Assembly: GCA_947450325.1 (NCBI GenBank)
Contig: CANFUT010000008.1
Location: 30,211 to 94,210 of the forward strand
Length of the DNA: 64,000 bases
Direction: 5' to 3'
Source of the DNA: Flavobacteriia bacterium
GTDB lineage: Bacteria; Bacteroidota; Bacteroidia; Flavobacteriales_D; Crocinitomicaceae
Part shown: positions 30,237 through 38,757 of the stretch, in pieces
How the letters are laid out: each line of letters starts with the position of its first letter
Position numbering within the stretch: the first letter of the stretch is position 1
Program-made: the position numbers and the translations under genes
Notes under the pieces: model-generated
Databases searched by the model: none
Seen by the model: only the letters and a program-made list of their open reading frames with translations
Told to the model about the DNA's origin: nothing

Positions 30237-31303
30237 AAATCCAAGGTCATTTGCGTGGCAATTTCTTCTGCTTCCTGCTGAAATCCTGAGATTTGAAATC
30301 CGATCAATCTAATCGGTTTTGAAAGTGGCAACACTTGTTCCATCAATAATTTCCCTGTTTCTTCCACTGAATTTTTTGAAATGAAACGATTGTTTTTGGT
30401 TGTCGAACGCGTGATTTGCGTGAAATCGTTGTATTTCAATTTGATGTTCAATGTTTTTCCACTTTGACCAAATTTCTGGTACCTGGTCCAAAGTCGTTCT
30501 AGAATAAGGTTTGCCTGCATTCTAAATTTCGTTGAGTCAAAAATGTCTAACTCAAAGGTGCTTTCCACCGCGATGCTTTTTCTTTCGCGCTCTGATTCCA
30601 CATTTCTGTTGTCGATTCCTCGCGCGATGTTGTAGAAATATTTTCCTGATTTGCCAAAATGATCTATTAAAAATTCAAGGCTGAAATTTCTCAACGTTTT
30701 GCCATTCGTGATTCCCAATTCGTGCATTTTCAAAGCTGTCACTTTGCCGACACCGAAAAAACGCTCTATCGGAAGCGTATTGATGAAATTGATTCCTTCC
30801 TTGGGGCGAATGATGTAAAGTCCATCTGGTTTGTCTTGATCTGAAGCCATTTTCGCCAAAAACTTGTTGTACGAAACGCCAGCCGAAGCAATCAAATTTA
30901 GCTCGTTTTTGATGTCATTTTTGATGGATTGCGCGATGAACGTGGCAGAATTTAAATCAATTTTATTGAAAGTCACATCCAAAAACGCTTCGTCGAGCGA
31001 AAGTGGCTCAATCTCGTCGGTGTAACGAGAGAAAATCTCATGAATGGCGTTTGAAATTTCTTTGTAGCGCTCAAATCGTGGTCTCACAAAAATCAATTGC
31101 GGACATTTTTTCGCCGCAATCTTGGAACTCATCGCCGATTTCACCCCAAATTTCCGCGCTTCATAACTGGCGGCGGCAATCACACCGCGTTCCGCATTTC
31201 CGCCGACGGCAACCGGTTTTCCGCGCAAATCAGGATTATCCAATTGTTCCACGGAAGCAAAAAAAGCGTCCATGTCAATGTGAATAATTTTGCGGAGTTC
31301 CAT
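30233..31303 (-). CDS. dinB: DNA polymerase IV (Y-family)
   Basis: 'IIHIDMDAFFASVEQ' and 'SLDEAFLDVT'; 356 aa. A TACTTTTG -7-like box at 31308-31315 sits just upstream of the ATG. Confidence 0.95.
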   Translation of the reverse strand: MELRKIIHIDMDAFFASVEQLDNPDLRGKPVAVGGNAERGVIAAASYEARKFGVKSAMSSKIAAKKCPQLIFVRPRFERYKEISNAIHEIFSRYTDEIEPLSLDEAFLDVTFNKIDLNSATFIAQSIKNDIKNELNLIASAGVSYNKFLAKMASDQDKPDGLYIIRPKEGINFINTLPIERFFGVGKVTALKMHELGITNGKTLRNFSLEFLIDHFGKSGKYFYNIARGIDNRNVESERERKSIAVESTFELDIFDSTKFRMQANLILERLWTRYQKFGQSGKTLNIKLKYNDFTQITRSTTKNNRFISKNSVEETGKLLMEQVLPLSKPIRLIGFQISGFQQEAEEIATQMTLDF

Positions 31304-31337
31304 GAATCAAAAGTAAGGATTATTGGTGTGATAAAGG

Positions 31338-31437
31338 TTGGGTTTTTTAAAATTGCATGTTGGTTGATTGCAGTGTTTTTCGGGTTGTAAGTGATTCTAA
31401 CAGATAAAATCACTTCGGTGGAAGTTGGATTTTTTTG
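31338..31437 (-). repeat. dinB-upstream repeat module, copy A (with hairpin 31389-31415)
   Basis: It shares TTGCAGTGTTTTT(C/G)CGG(G/T)TGTAAGTGATTCTAAC(A/G)GATAAAATCACTT with copies at 33969-34077 and 36147-36220. The last 8 codons and stop of ORF 31410..32459 lie inside it. Confidence 0.8.
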
Positions 31438-32459
31438 GTAATTCTTTTAAATTCTACTAATCTAATTTTATTACCTTCTTTTATAATCACACCATTTAAA
31501 AATCGACTATTAATTGGAAAGATATTGTTATTATTTTGAATATCTCGCACGGCTCCATACCAAGAAACTTTATTTATAATTGTGTCTAAAACAATTGGTT
31601 TTCTATTATTGAAATACCCCAAGTAAGTATTTTTATTGTCTGAAAAAAAATGGTAAAGTTGATTTTTACTCACAAAAGCTCCAATAATCATAATGTCTAT
31701 TGTATCGACTAATACCTCAAAGCCTTTATCGTATCCTATAGGATGTTTGATTTCATAATTTCTAGGGTCTTTCGAATATATATCATACCAAGCACAGTCT
31801 AAAAGTTGACTTTTCTGCTTTATTTCATAAAGCTTTTTGGGGTCGTTAATTTTGATCACTTTCGAAAAACCAGAACCATGAGGAAGTGAAGATGTTACAT
31901 AATATGAACCTTTTATTTTATTTACAGATTTAATACTTGTTGCTTCACAACTATAGGTTTTTCTGGTTTTTTTATCTTTGAAATAAACAGCTCCTCCAAA
32001 TTCTCCGCGACTACAAGATTTAATAATGAATTGATTGTCTTCATAAATTGGATAATTTAATTGATAACTCTTATAATTTGTTACGTCCTCTTTTGGTAGC
32101 GATTTGTAAAAATTCCATCGATTGTTTCTCCAATATTTAACAGTGTAAGAATCTGTTACAAACAAAGTATCTTCAGATGTCCAAATCGATTTTACGAATT
32201 TGAGATCAGAGTTCAATAAAATAGTTTTTGCCCTTTCTAAGTTAAATGATTTGTCAAATAAACCAATATTAAAAGAAGTATCATCATAATTTTCAAAATT
32301 GCATATATAACCGTTTTCAAATTGAATAATTTCTTTAACTTCGAATGGCAGTATTACCTCTGATTTTTCGATCACAAAATTTTCAGGAATAAATTCTCCT
32401 ACTTTCTCAGAACAAGAAAGAATAGACAAGATTATTAATATTATTATGGTGTATTTCAA
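31410..32459 (-). CDS. hypothetical lipoprotein (cassette 1)
   Basis: 'IIILIILSILSCSEK' lipobox; 349 aa. No catalytic motif recognised. Confidence 0.6.
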   Translation of the reverse strand: MKYTIIILIILSILSCSEKVGEFIPENFVIEKSEVILPFEVKEIIQFENGYICNFENYDDTSFNIGLFDKSFNLERAKTILLNSDLKFVKSIWTSEDTLFVTDSYTVKYWRNNRWNFYKSLPKEDVTNYKSYQLNYPIYEDNQFIIKSCSRGEFGGAVYFKDKKTRKTYSCEATSIKSVNKIKGSYYVTSSLPHGSGFSKVIKINDPKKLYEIKQKSQLLDCAWYDIYSKDPRNYEIKHPIGYDKGFEVLVDTIDIMIIGAFVSKNQLYHFFSDNKNTYLGYFNNRKPIVLDTIINKVSWYGAVRDIQNNNNIFPINSRFLNGVIIKEGNKIRLVEFKRITKKIQLPPK

Positions 32460-32470
32460 TTGCTAAATGT

Positions 32471-32995
32471 TTAATACCCTTTCTTCTGCAATTCTACTGT
32501 ATCAACTACAAATCCTATTGCCAACAAAATTAAGCCAATTAAACTTAGCAAAAACATTGGACCAGCAAAAGGCCAATGCTGAATCCTAAAAATGTAACAG
32601 ATAATTGAAATCAATATTCCAATTAATTGCGGGACATTAGCACGTTCTGATTTGGGCTTTTTCAAATTGATATCCCAAACTTCTATTGCTAACCAAGTGC
32701 TACCTGAAACGGCAAGAATGATTAGGAAAAATACCAAATTATTCATTTTGTACATCGCAAATACACTAAAGAATACCCAAGATAAAACCATAATTACTTT
32801 TGCTAAATCCTTGATGTTTTTTGATTGCTTTAATCCGTATCGTATCGCATATAGCACTCCAATTGCAATGAAGCTGGTTAGCCTGATCTCAAAATTAATT
32901 GACCAATGTTGGATTTTAAACACATAACCAATTGCCAAAATACAAAGTGCAAGAGCTAAAAGAATAAGAATTATTTTATTTTGTTTGCTAACCAT
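32471..32995 (-). CDS. hypothetical polytopic membrane protein (cassette 1)
   Basis: 174 aa with about 5-6 TM helices. It has a repeated 'F(K/R)IQHW' motif reminiscent of GldL-type N-terminal hairpins. Confidence 0.6.
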   Translation of the reverse strand: MVSKQNKIILILLALALCILAIGYVFKIQHWSINFEIRLTSFIAIGVLYAIRYGLKQSKNIKDLAKVIMVLSWVFFSVFAMYKMNNLVFFLIILAVSGSTWLAIEVWDINLKKPKSERANVPQLIGILISIICYIFRIQHWPFAGPMFLLSLIGLILLAIGFVVDTVELQKKGY

Positions 32996-33091
32996 GTACT
33001 ATTATTTAATCGATACTTATGCTGCAAAGCTAATTAAAACATAGTATGTTTTTTTTATACTATTCATCTTTGTTTAATGTAGTGCTTTGAA

Positions 33092-33178
33092 ATTTCCGCG
33101 CAAATCAGGATTGTCCAATTGCTCCACGGAAGCAAAAAAAGGGTCCATGTCCATGTGAATAATCTTGCGAAGTTCTAT
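33092..33178 (-). pseudogene. relic 5' fragment of dinB (~29 codons), start codon mutated
   Basis: TTTCCGCGCAAATCAGGATTGTCCAATTGCTCCACGGAAGCAAAAAAAGGGTCCATGTCCATGTGAATAATCTTGCGAAGTTCTAT matches the intact gene at 31217-31303. The position of the CAT (ATG) reads TAT (ATA). Confidence 0.8.
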
Positions 33179-33262
33179 GAATCAAAATTAAGGATTATTG
33201 GTGTGATTTAGGTTGAGGTTTTTCGCAACTTGAATGCAAGATGATGACAGTTTTTTCTGTGC
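33092..33262 (-). repeat. dinB-upstream repeat module, copy B (includes dead dinB 5' fragment; no hairpin)
   Basis: It aligns by eye to 31217-31385 at roughly 85-90% identity, then diverges into the mazF 3' end. Confidence 0.8.
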
Positions 33263-33277
33263 CTAAATATCAGTCCA

Positions 33278-33640
33278 TCAGTCTAAATCGACAATAATCG
33301 ACAAATTCTCTTTGATTTTCTCAATTAAATCTGTTGGAATTGATCCTATTTTTTTAATTAATCTTTTATTGTCTATCGCTCGAATTTGATCTATCATGAT
33401 ATCGCAGTGCTCCTGTAAATTCGCCATTCCTTTTTTTAGATGTACTCTTAAAATGTCGGAATCACTTTGAACGTTTGTTGTTATTGGACAAACAATAGTT
33501 GAAGGATGTGGAAGCTTATTTAACAAATTAGTTTGCACTACAAGAACTGGTCTTGTTTTTCCAGGTTCTGTTCCAATTTGTGGATTCAAGTCGGCTATCC
33601 AAATATCGTACTGCTCAATCTGCATAGTCCATGTTTTCAA
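33278..33640 (-). CDS. mazF: MazF/PemK-family endoribonuclease toxin (cassette 2)
   Basis: 'IWIADLNPQIGTEPGKTRPVLVVQ' PemK signature. It overlaps the upstream antitoxin gene, and the likely start is MQIEQYD at 33625. Confidence 0.85.
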   Translation of the reverse strand: MKTWTMQIEQYDIWIADLNPQIGTEPGKTRPVLVVQTNLLNKLPHPSTIVCPITTNVQSDSDILRVHLKKGMANLQEHCDIMIDQIRAIDNKRLIKKIGSIPTDLIEKIKENLSIIVDLD

Positions 33641-33845
33641 AGTCCTTTAGAACGTTCATCGAATCTTTTTTGACTAACTCAGATTCAACTTTAAGTCTTT
33701 TTTCTAAAATTTGTCTTTTTTGAACTTTATTATAATAGTCAAGTGCTTCGTTGATATACCTATTCCTTGGCATGCTAATTTTTGATAGAATCTTTTCAGT
33801 TTCTCCAAATATTGAATCATCTATTTTTAAGGATACAGTTTTCAT
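33615..33845 (-). CDS. ribbon-helix-helix antitoxin (cassette 2)
   Basis: 76 aa. 'KTVSLKIDDSIFGETEKI...RNRYINEALDYY' is an RHH/CopG-like N-terminus, located directly upstream of mazF. Confidence 0.7.
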   Translation of the reverse strand: MKTVSLKIDDSIFGETEKILSKISMPRNRYINEALDYYNKVQKRQILEKRLKVESELVKKDSMNVLKDFENMDYAD

Positions 33846-33968
33846 ATACTTTTATTTGATATCATAAAGGTATATCTTTTTTGTATATATTTTTATATTG
33901 AGACGCAATTTTTTTGTGCATGCAGCACAATTCATTTTCTTTTTCCTTACGATGGGACTTGTAGATTG

Positions 33969-34077
33969 CGGTTTTTTTTTTTTTTTCAAATTGCGTGTTG
34001 GACGCTTGCAGTGTTTTTGCGGGTGTAAGTGTTTCTAACGGATAAAATCACTTAGTTGGAAAGTGGATTTTTGGGAT
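33969..34077 (-). repeat. dinB-upstream repeat module, copy C (hairpin 34026-34054; contains T15 tract)
   Basis: It aligns to 31338-31437. T15 at 33972-33986 replaces the T6 of copy A, and the left hairpin arm has a 1-nt deletion. Confidence 0.8.
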
Positions 34078-34149
34078 CTATTTTTTTGTTCACTCAGAAG
34101 ACAAAAGAAATTTAAAGTTCTTTTTACTATAGTTTTAATATATCACCGC

Positions 34150-35277
34150 TTACAATTTTTGTCTGCTAATCAATTTTAATTGTTTGTCAATAGTGTCTAA
34201 CAAACCATTTGAAAATGTATCGCCGTTCAATTTCCAAAACATCAAGCCACCTAATTTTTTGTCAATGGCATATTGCGTTTTTAGCGCTACTGAAGCTTTG
34301 TCATCAAACGTTACAAAGATTTTTTGTTCTAAATTGTATAAATACGGTGCTTTGGCAATACTGTCCCAATAGTAATTAAAACCTTCTTTTTCAGTGTAAT
34401 TTTCAATTAACTGATTATAATTGACATTTGATTTAAATTTACCTGGCTGACCTAAACCATTGTTTAAACTGTCAACATTTTGCACAACAAATGAATAAAA
34501 TGCAGCACCTATTACTATCTTATTCAAGGGCACTCCTAAACTATCCAAATAGTTAACGGATTTATCTATACTTTCGGATTGATAGGGAGAAGAGAATAAT
34601 GCTGTGTGGTGGCCCGTATGACCACTTTTATCGGAAGGTAAACCGTAAGTCATTAAATTCACAAAGTCAACTAAGGGCATTACATTTTTCCAATCAATAG
34701 ATAAATCAATAAATTCTTTAAATGAATTTGCATCGAAACTGATTTCTGATTTTTTTGGCAGGCTTCTCTTCAGTTCTTGTAAAAGTGCTGTAAAATTTTG
34801 TTTGTCGTTTGGAGATGCCTTGTGGTTTTTATATCCACCGATTACAGGACTTTCCCAATCAATATCAATACCGTCTGCATGATATTCTGCTAACATTTCT
34901 TTCACAGAAATTGCAAATTCTTTCCGACCTGCGTCAGTTGAAAAAACATCTGAACAAGTTTCACATCCGCCCCAACCACCTATAGAAACGAGTACTTTTA
35001 AATGCGGATATGTTTTCTTTAATTCAATACAACGTTTTAATGTGTTTTTGCTATCCTCATTTTTGAAGCCAATTTTATTTCCTTGAAGATAAGTAAAACA
35101 GTAAATGAGATGTGTTAATTTTTCATACTCGAACTTCTCAACCTCTTTTATATCCCCGCGATAAAAACCAACAACTCGAAAAGAATTTGTCTTATTTGAG
35201 TGTTTTCGTACCCGTGTTTGAGAATTACAATTAAAAGTAATTATCAACAGCAAAATTAGAACTGATTTAATTTTCAT
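34150..35277 (-). CDS. GH18 chitinase-like glycoside hydrolase, secreted (cassette 3)
   Basis: 'ADGIDIDWE' (DxxDxDxE catalytic motif), with the signal peptide 'SVLILLLIITFNCNSQ'. Confidence 0.85.
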   Translation of the reverse strand: MKIKSVLILLLIITFNCNSQTRVRKHSNKTNSFRVVGFYRGDIKEVEKFEYEKLTHLIYCFTYLQGNKIGFKNEDSKNTLKRCIELKKTYPHLKVLVSIGGWGGCETCSDVFSTDAGRKEFAISVKEMLAEYHADGIDIDWESPVIGGYKNHKASPNDKQNFTALLQELKRSLPKKSEISFDANSFKEFIDLSIDWKNVMPLVDFVNLMTYGLPSDKSGHTGHHTALFSSPYQSESIDKSVNYLDSLGVPLNKIVIGAAFYSFVVQNVDSLNNGLGQPGKFKSNVNYNQLIENYTEKEGFNYYWDSIAKAPYLYNLEQKIFVTFDDKASVALKTQYAIDKKLGGLMFWKLNGDTFSNGLLDTIDKQLKLISRQKL

Positions 35278-35418
35278 TTGTCTATGCGAGTTTCTTTATT
35301 GTATTATCTCGTTGGCTTAGCTGATGTGATTTTTCCATGCACAAAAATGTACTAAAAAAAGCAAACAACTTACCGGAAAATTAGCCTAGAACTATAGCAA
35401 ATGTTAGCAATAGGCTTT

Positions 35419-35982
35419 TTATTGATAGAATTCATCGTCTTCTTTTTGATAACCTTCATAATAATATGATTGTTCAATTCCTTTAAAGATGACTTCTCTG
35501 TTGTCAATTTCGTTCGTTAAGTTTTGACTAAGCAAAGTTCTTAATTCCAAATCGTTGATTGGACTTCTTTCCATTGCTTGTAGGTAAAGTGTTTTATCTA
35601 CAAATTGCCAGTTTACTAATTTTTTTAGTCTGGTTTTTAAAATCATATCGAGCCAAATTCTCATTGTTCTTCCATTTCCTTCCAGAAAAGGATGGGCAAT
35701 ATTCATTTCAGTATATTTCGCAATAATTTCTTCGAAACTACTTTCTGGCATTTGCTCGATTTTTACTAATATTTCGTTTAAGTACAATGCATTTGCAAAT
35801 CGAAAACCGCCTTTTGAAATGTTTAGCGTTCTAACTTTTCCTGCAAAATCATCTAATCGATCAAATAAATAATGATGAATGTTCTGTAAACCTTTTGTTG
35901 TTCCAATTTCGATTTTTTCAATATCATTGGAATCAAACAAACGATAAGCATTTTCTAAACTTTCCTTATCAATATTCTTCAT
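35419..35982 (-). CDS. fic: Fic-domain protein, class III-like (C-terminal autoinhibitory motif) (cassette 3)
   Basis: '[12 protein letters not shown]' = HxFx(D/E)GNGRxxR. The C-terminal 'SYYYEG' fits the (S/T)xxxE(G/N) inhibitory motif. It is 187 aa. Confidence 0.85.
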   Translation of the reverse strand: MKNIDKESLENAYRLFDSNDIEKIEIGTTKGLQNIHHYLFDRLDDFAGKVRTLNISKGGFRFANALYLNEILVKIEQMPESSFEEIIAKYTEMNIAHPFLEGNGRTMRIWLDMILKTRLKKLVNWQFVDKTLYLQAMERSPINDLELRTLLSQNLTNEIDNREVIFKGIEQSYYYEGYQKEDDEFYQ

Positions 35983-36146
35983 TTAAAATCAGATTTTAAT
36001 TTATCTGTTTATTGTCAAAAATACTTCAAAAGTTTCTCTTTTACGCATAAAGTAACTACTTTTTAGTCAATTATTCTTGGAATAAATCTAGCATTTAATG
36101 CTGACAAAAATTAAAAATGTGCTTTCGTTACATGAATGTTACAATA

Positions 36147-36220
36147 TGGACGCTTGCAGTGTTTTTGCGGTTGTAAGTGATTCTAACGGATAAAATCACT
36201 TAGGTGGAAATTGAATTTTA
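36147..36220 (-). repeat. dinB-upstream repeat module, copy D (hairpin 36174-36202)
   Basis: TGGACGCTTGCAGTGTTTTTGCGGTTGTAAGTGATTCTAACGGATAAAATCACTTAGGTGGAA. It has a 9-bp stem TAAGTGATT/AATCACTTA. Confidence 0.8.
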
Positions 36221-36260
36221 CCTAAGATTCATTGAATCAATTCCTGTTCATATTACTTCT

Positions 36261-36836
36261 CTATTCAAATGTAATCTTCAATACCTGCCCGTCTTTTTCC
36301 TTGCTCGGACTGAAAACACAATAGATGGTTTTTCCTTTTAAAGTTGAGAGAGATGCAATTCCGACTCCTGGCTTAACATAGATACTCTCAACAGTGCGCA
36401 CGCCAATCCAATCGTTTGGATTTTTTACATAAACTTTGTCAAAACGCACGAATTGTTCGTCATCTGCATATGCGTATAAGCAGTGATAACCATCATCAAC
36501 GAATTTACCGACCGCTATATCAAGATTGTAGTTCTTTTCATCTTCGGCAAAAGTTTGGGACGATTCAAAACAAGTTAATCTGTCTTTTTGATTCAATAAT
36601 ACTTGTGTGTAAGCTGTAGAATCAAAGCTACAATTTAGGAAAACAGCGTCCGTATTGACAGTGTGAAAAGTGAAATTAAAAGGCTGTGTCTTCAAAGTTA
36701 TTTCGTGCGTTCCTTCTGGAATTTGGAGACTGTCTGACCCTTGAACGATCGTGAGAAATGTTTGTTTAGTGCTGTCTTGCTGTCCGAAAGAGATTGAAGT
36801 TATAAGTAGACTTAAAAGTAGAATATTAAATTTCAT
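36261..36836 (-). CDS. hypothetical secreted protein (cassette 4)
   Basis: Signal peptide 'NILLLSLLITSISFGQ'; 191 aa. Confidence 0.55.
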   Translation of the reverse strand: MKFNILLLSLLITSISFGQQDSTKQTFLTIVQGSDSLQIPEGTHEITLKTQPFNFTFHTVNTDAVFLNCSFDSTAYTQVLLNQKDRLTCFESSQTFAEDEKNYNLDIAVGKFVDDGYHCLYAYADDEQFVRFDKVYVKNPNDWIGVRTVESIYVKPGVGIASLSTLKGKTIYCVFSPSKEKDGQVLKITFE

Positions 36837-36842
36837 TTGACT

Positions 36843-37430
36843 TTAGTTTTTCACACAACGAACAGCAAAACCACTTACACGATAAAAACCTAATTGAACA
36901 ACCCCTGCTTGATCGGGTTTAAGATTCATTGTCCAAGCAGCTGGATCTAGAGCCACTTCGGAAGTCCACCAAGTTGCACCACGTGGGTTTCGAATTTCTC
37001 CATTTGTTCCTTTTTCTGGCGCTGGAATTGCTGAAAATCCACTTGAATTATCCGCGCCTGTATTTGGTGCTTTCCATTTTTCAAGTGATTTCATTTTATT
37101 TCCCGCGCTTTCGACACCTCCTAAATATGTAATTAATTCGTTCCATTCTGCAACAGTTGGAATGTGCCAACCTGCTGGACATGCTTCAAAAGCAGATTCG
37201 TAGGTGTACATTCTTCCATATGTTTCACATTCATGACACCAACTTTTTTCAACTTCATAATTTAAGTTCTCAGCAAACCACCATTGATTACCAATTTTAA
37301 CTGTAATGTATTCTTGTTTATCTCGTGGATCGACAAATGTGTCGAATTTGGGTGTCGAACTTTGATCCCCCGTAAATGAGAAAAGGAAAGTTAAAATGAG
37401 TGTTACTACCGATATTTTGAAAATTTTCAT
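36843..37430 (-). CDS. FISUMP-domain protein (Fibrobacter succinogenes major paralogous domain) (cassette 4)
   Basis: 'WWFAENLNY', 'GRMYTY' and 'CPAGWHIPTVAEWNELI' are hallmarks of the TIGR02145-type domain. Confidence 0.7.
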   Translation of the reverse strand: MKIFKISVVTLILTFLFSFTGDQSSTPKFDTFVDPRDKQEYITVKIGNQWWFAENLNYEVEKSWCHECETYGRMYTYESAFEACPAGWHIPTVAEWNELITYLGGVESAGNKMKSLEKWKAPNTGADNSSGFSAIPAPEKGTNGEIRNPRGATWWTSEVALDPAAWTMNLKPDQAGVVQLGFYRVSGFAVRCVKN

Positions 37431-37488
37431 TTTAAATAAAATTCTTAAAATTAAAGTTTGCTAGGCTGACGCTAAAATGCAACCAACC

Positions 37489-37851
37489 TCAAATCGTCTG
37501 CAAAATCTGCCCCAATCGAATCAACTCATTTTTCACTTGATTCATTCCAATAAGACCACCTGACATTCCTGAGCTTTCTTGTCTCACAGCCAATTTTATT
37601 TCATCAGAATCACTGGAGCCACCAGTAACAATCGTGAATTTGAAATATTTTACAAACGCACCAAAAAGGATGCGCATTACTCTGTTTCCCTTTGTATACA
37701 CCGCATGACCAATTTGTCCTTCTTTCATAGTATAGCCAGAGGACACTAGTAATTGATCTATTTTTTTATCCAATTCATCTTTTGAAATTCCTGAATAAAC
37801 GTGAACAAAATTTGATTTAGTAGTGACATCGTTTTTAATAAAATAACCCAT
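37489..37851 (-). CDS. hypothetical protein (cassette 4)
   Basis: 120-aa ORF on the same strand as its neighbours. No motif recognised. Confidence 0.45.
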   Translation of the reverse strand: MGYFIKNDVTTKSNFVHVYSGISKDELDKKIDQLLVSSGYTMKEGQIGHAVYTKGNRVMRILFGAFVKYFKFTIVTGGSSDSDEIKLAVRQESSGMSGGLIGMNQVKNELIRLGQILQTI

Positions 37852-37917
37852 TTTGAATCGTTTTCATGTTTGTCCGATAAAAATAGAATAAATAATGCAA
37901 ATCATTAGCGTCCGCTT

Positions 37918-38207
37918 AAAATCTTTTGTTCCTTTTGCTTGATCAAAACGAACCCAAAAATCAAGGCTGAGTCATCAAGTTAAAGCGCAAATTATCGAAC
38001 GAAATAAAATTCTTTCCTCAAGCGCTTTATTTTAAAAGGTTCTGAAAACGTGATTTTGTCGGTGATCTACTCCACTAGCGTTGCGTAGCTTCCTCCAAAA
38101 GTCTACTTTTTCAGTGCGCCTTTAAAACCCTTTCTTCCAAGGCCGATTGTCTAAAACTATTAATTTACGCACCGCAGAGTTTAAATTACCGCCAACAATT
38201 TGACTCA
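37918..38207 (-). repeat. ~290-bp structured intergenic repeat, copy 1 (reverse orientation)
   Basis: It is the reverse complement of the 48477-48786 and 52153-52460 copies. Shared blocks include CGGCCTTGGAAGAAAGG, CTGAAAATGTAGACTTTTGGAGGAAGCTA, AAATAAAGCGCTTGA and TTTGCGCTTTAACTTGATGACTCAGCCTTGATTTTTGGGTTCGTTTTGATCAAGCA. Confidence 0.85.
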
Positions 38208-38235
38208 TTATTTTTACAGGAACAAAAAGCAATTT

Positions 38236-38622
38236 TTAAAGATAAGCTTGATTCCGCAATTTAATCTGCAAAAACCATTCATAATTAAAATTCCTTGTTC
38301 TATCGAAAATGGTGAAGCTATCCAGTACGAAACCAATGAAAAACTGACCGAAAGTGAGCATCTTGACAACGCCTAAACCAACTTCACCCAAAACAAAGCG
38401 ATCAACGCCAAAAATACCCAGTGGAAACGCCGTCCAAAATAGGGTGGAAGGGTTCTTGAAAGGAATGAGTTGAAATGTATCAAAATCTGCTTCATTCAAG
38501 CCAAGCATGTAATCTTTTACAGCATCCCAAGCAACGCTAGGAAAATAGTTTTCATGGAAAATGAAATATGCCTGGACATCATTTTTTCTTTTTTGTGTTG
38601 GTGGATTTTCGCTTGTATTCAT
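38236..38622 (-). CDS. TM2-domain membrane protein
   Basis: 'AFPLGIFGVDRFVLGEVGLGVVKMLT' is a TM2-type double-helix motif. Confidence 0.65.
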   Translation of the reverse strand: MNTSENPPTQKRKNDVQAYFIFHENYFPSVAWDAVKDYMLGLNEADFDTFQLIPFKNPSTLFWTAFPLGIFGVDRFVLGEVGLGVVKMLTFGQFFIGFVLDSFTIFDRTRNFNYEWFLQIKLRNQAYL

Positions 38623-38757
38623 TTTTTAGGTGATTGTCAAATTCCTTTTAAACGTTGCTCAAATATGCAATTTTCACAGGGAAAGAACAACTTTATTTTT
38701 CATAGCTGATGCACAACGCTTTGCAAATAAGTTGCTTATTTATTGTAATATATATTT

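Noticed and set aside
31003-31413. ORFs of 77-97 aa overlapping the dinB 5' end and its upstream region.
   Set aside because: They overlap the strongly supported dinB frame or the noncoding repeat module, and their translations are Arg/Ser/Pro-rich and lack motifs.
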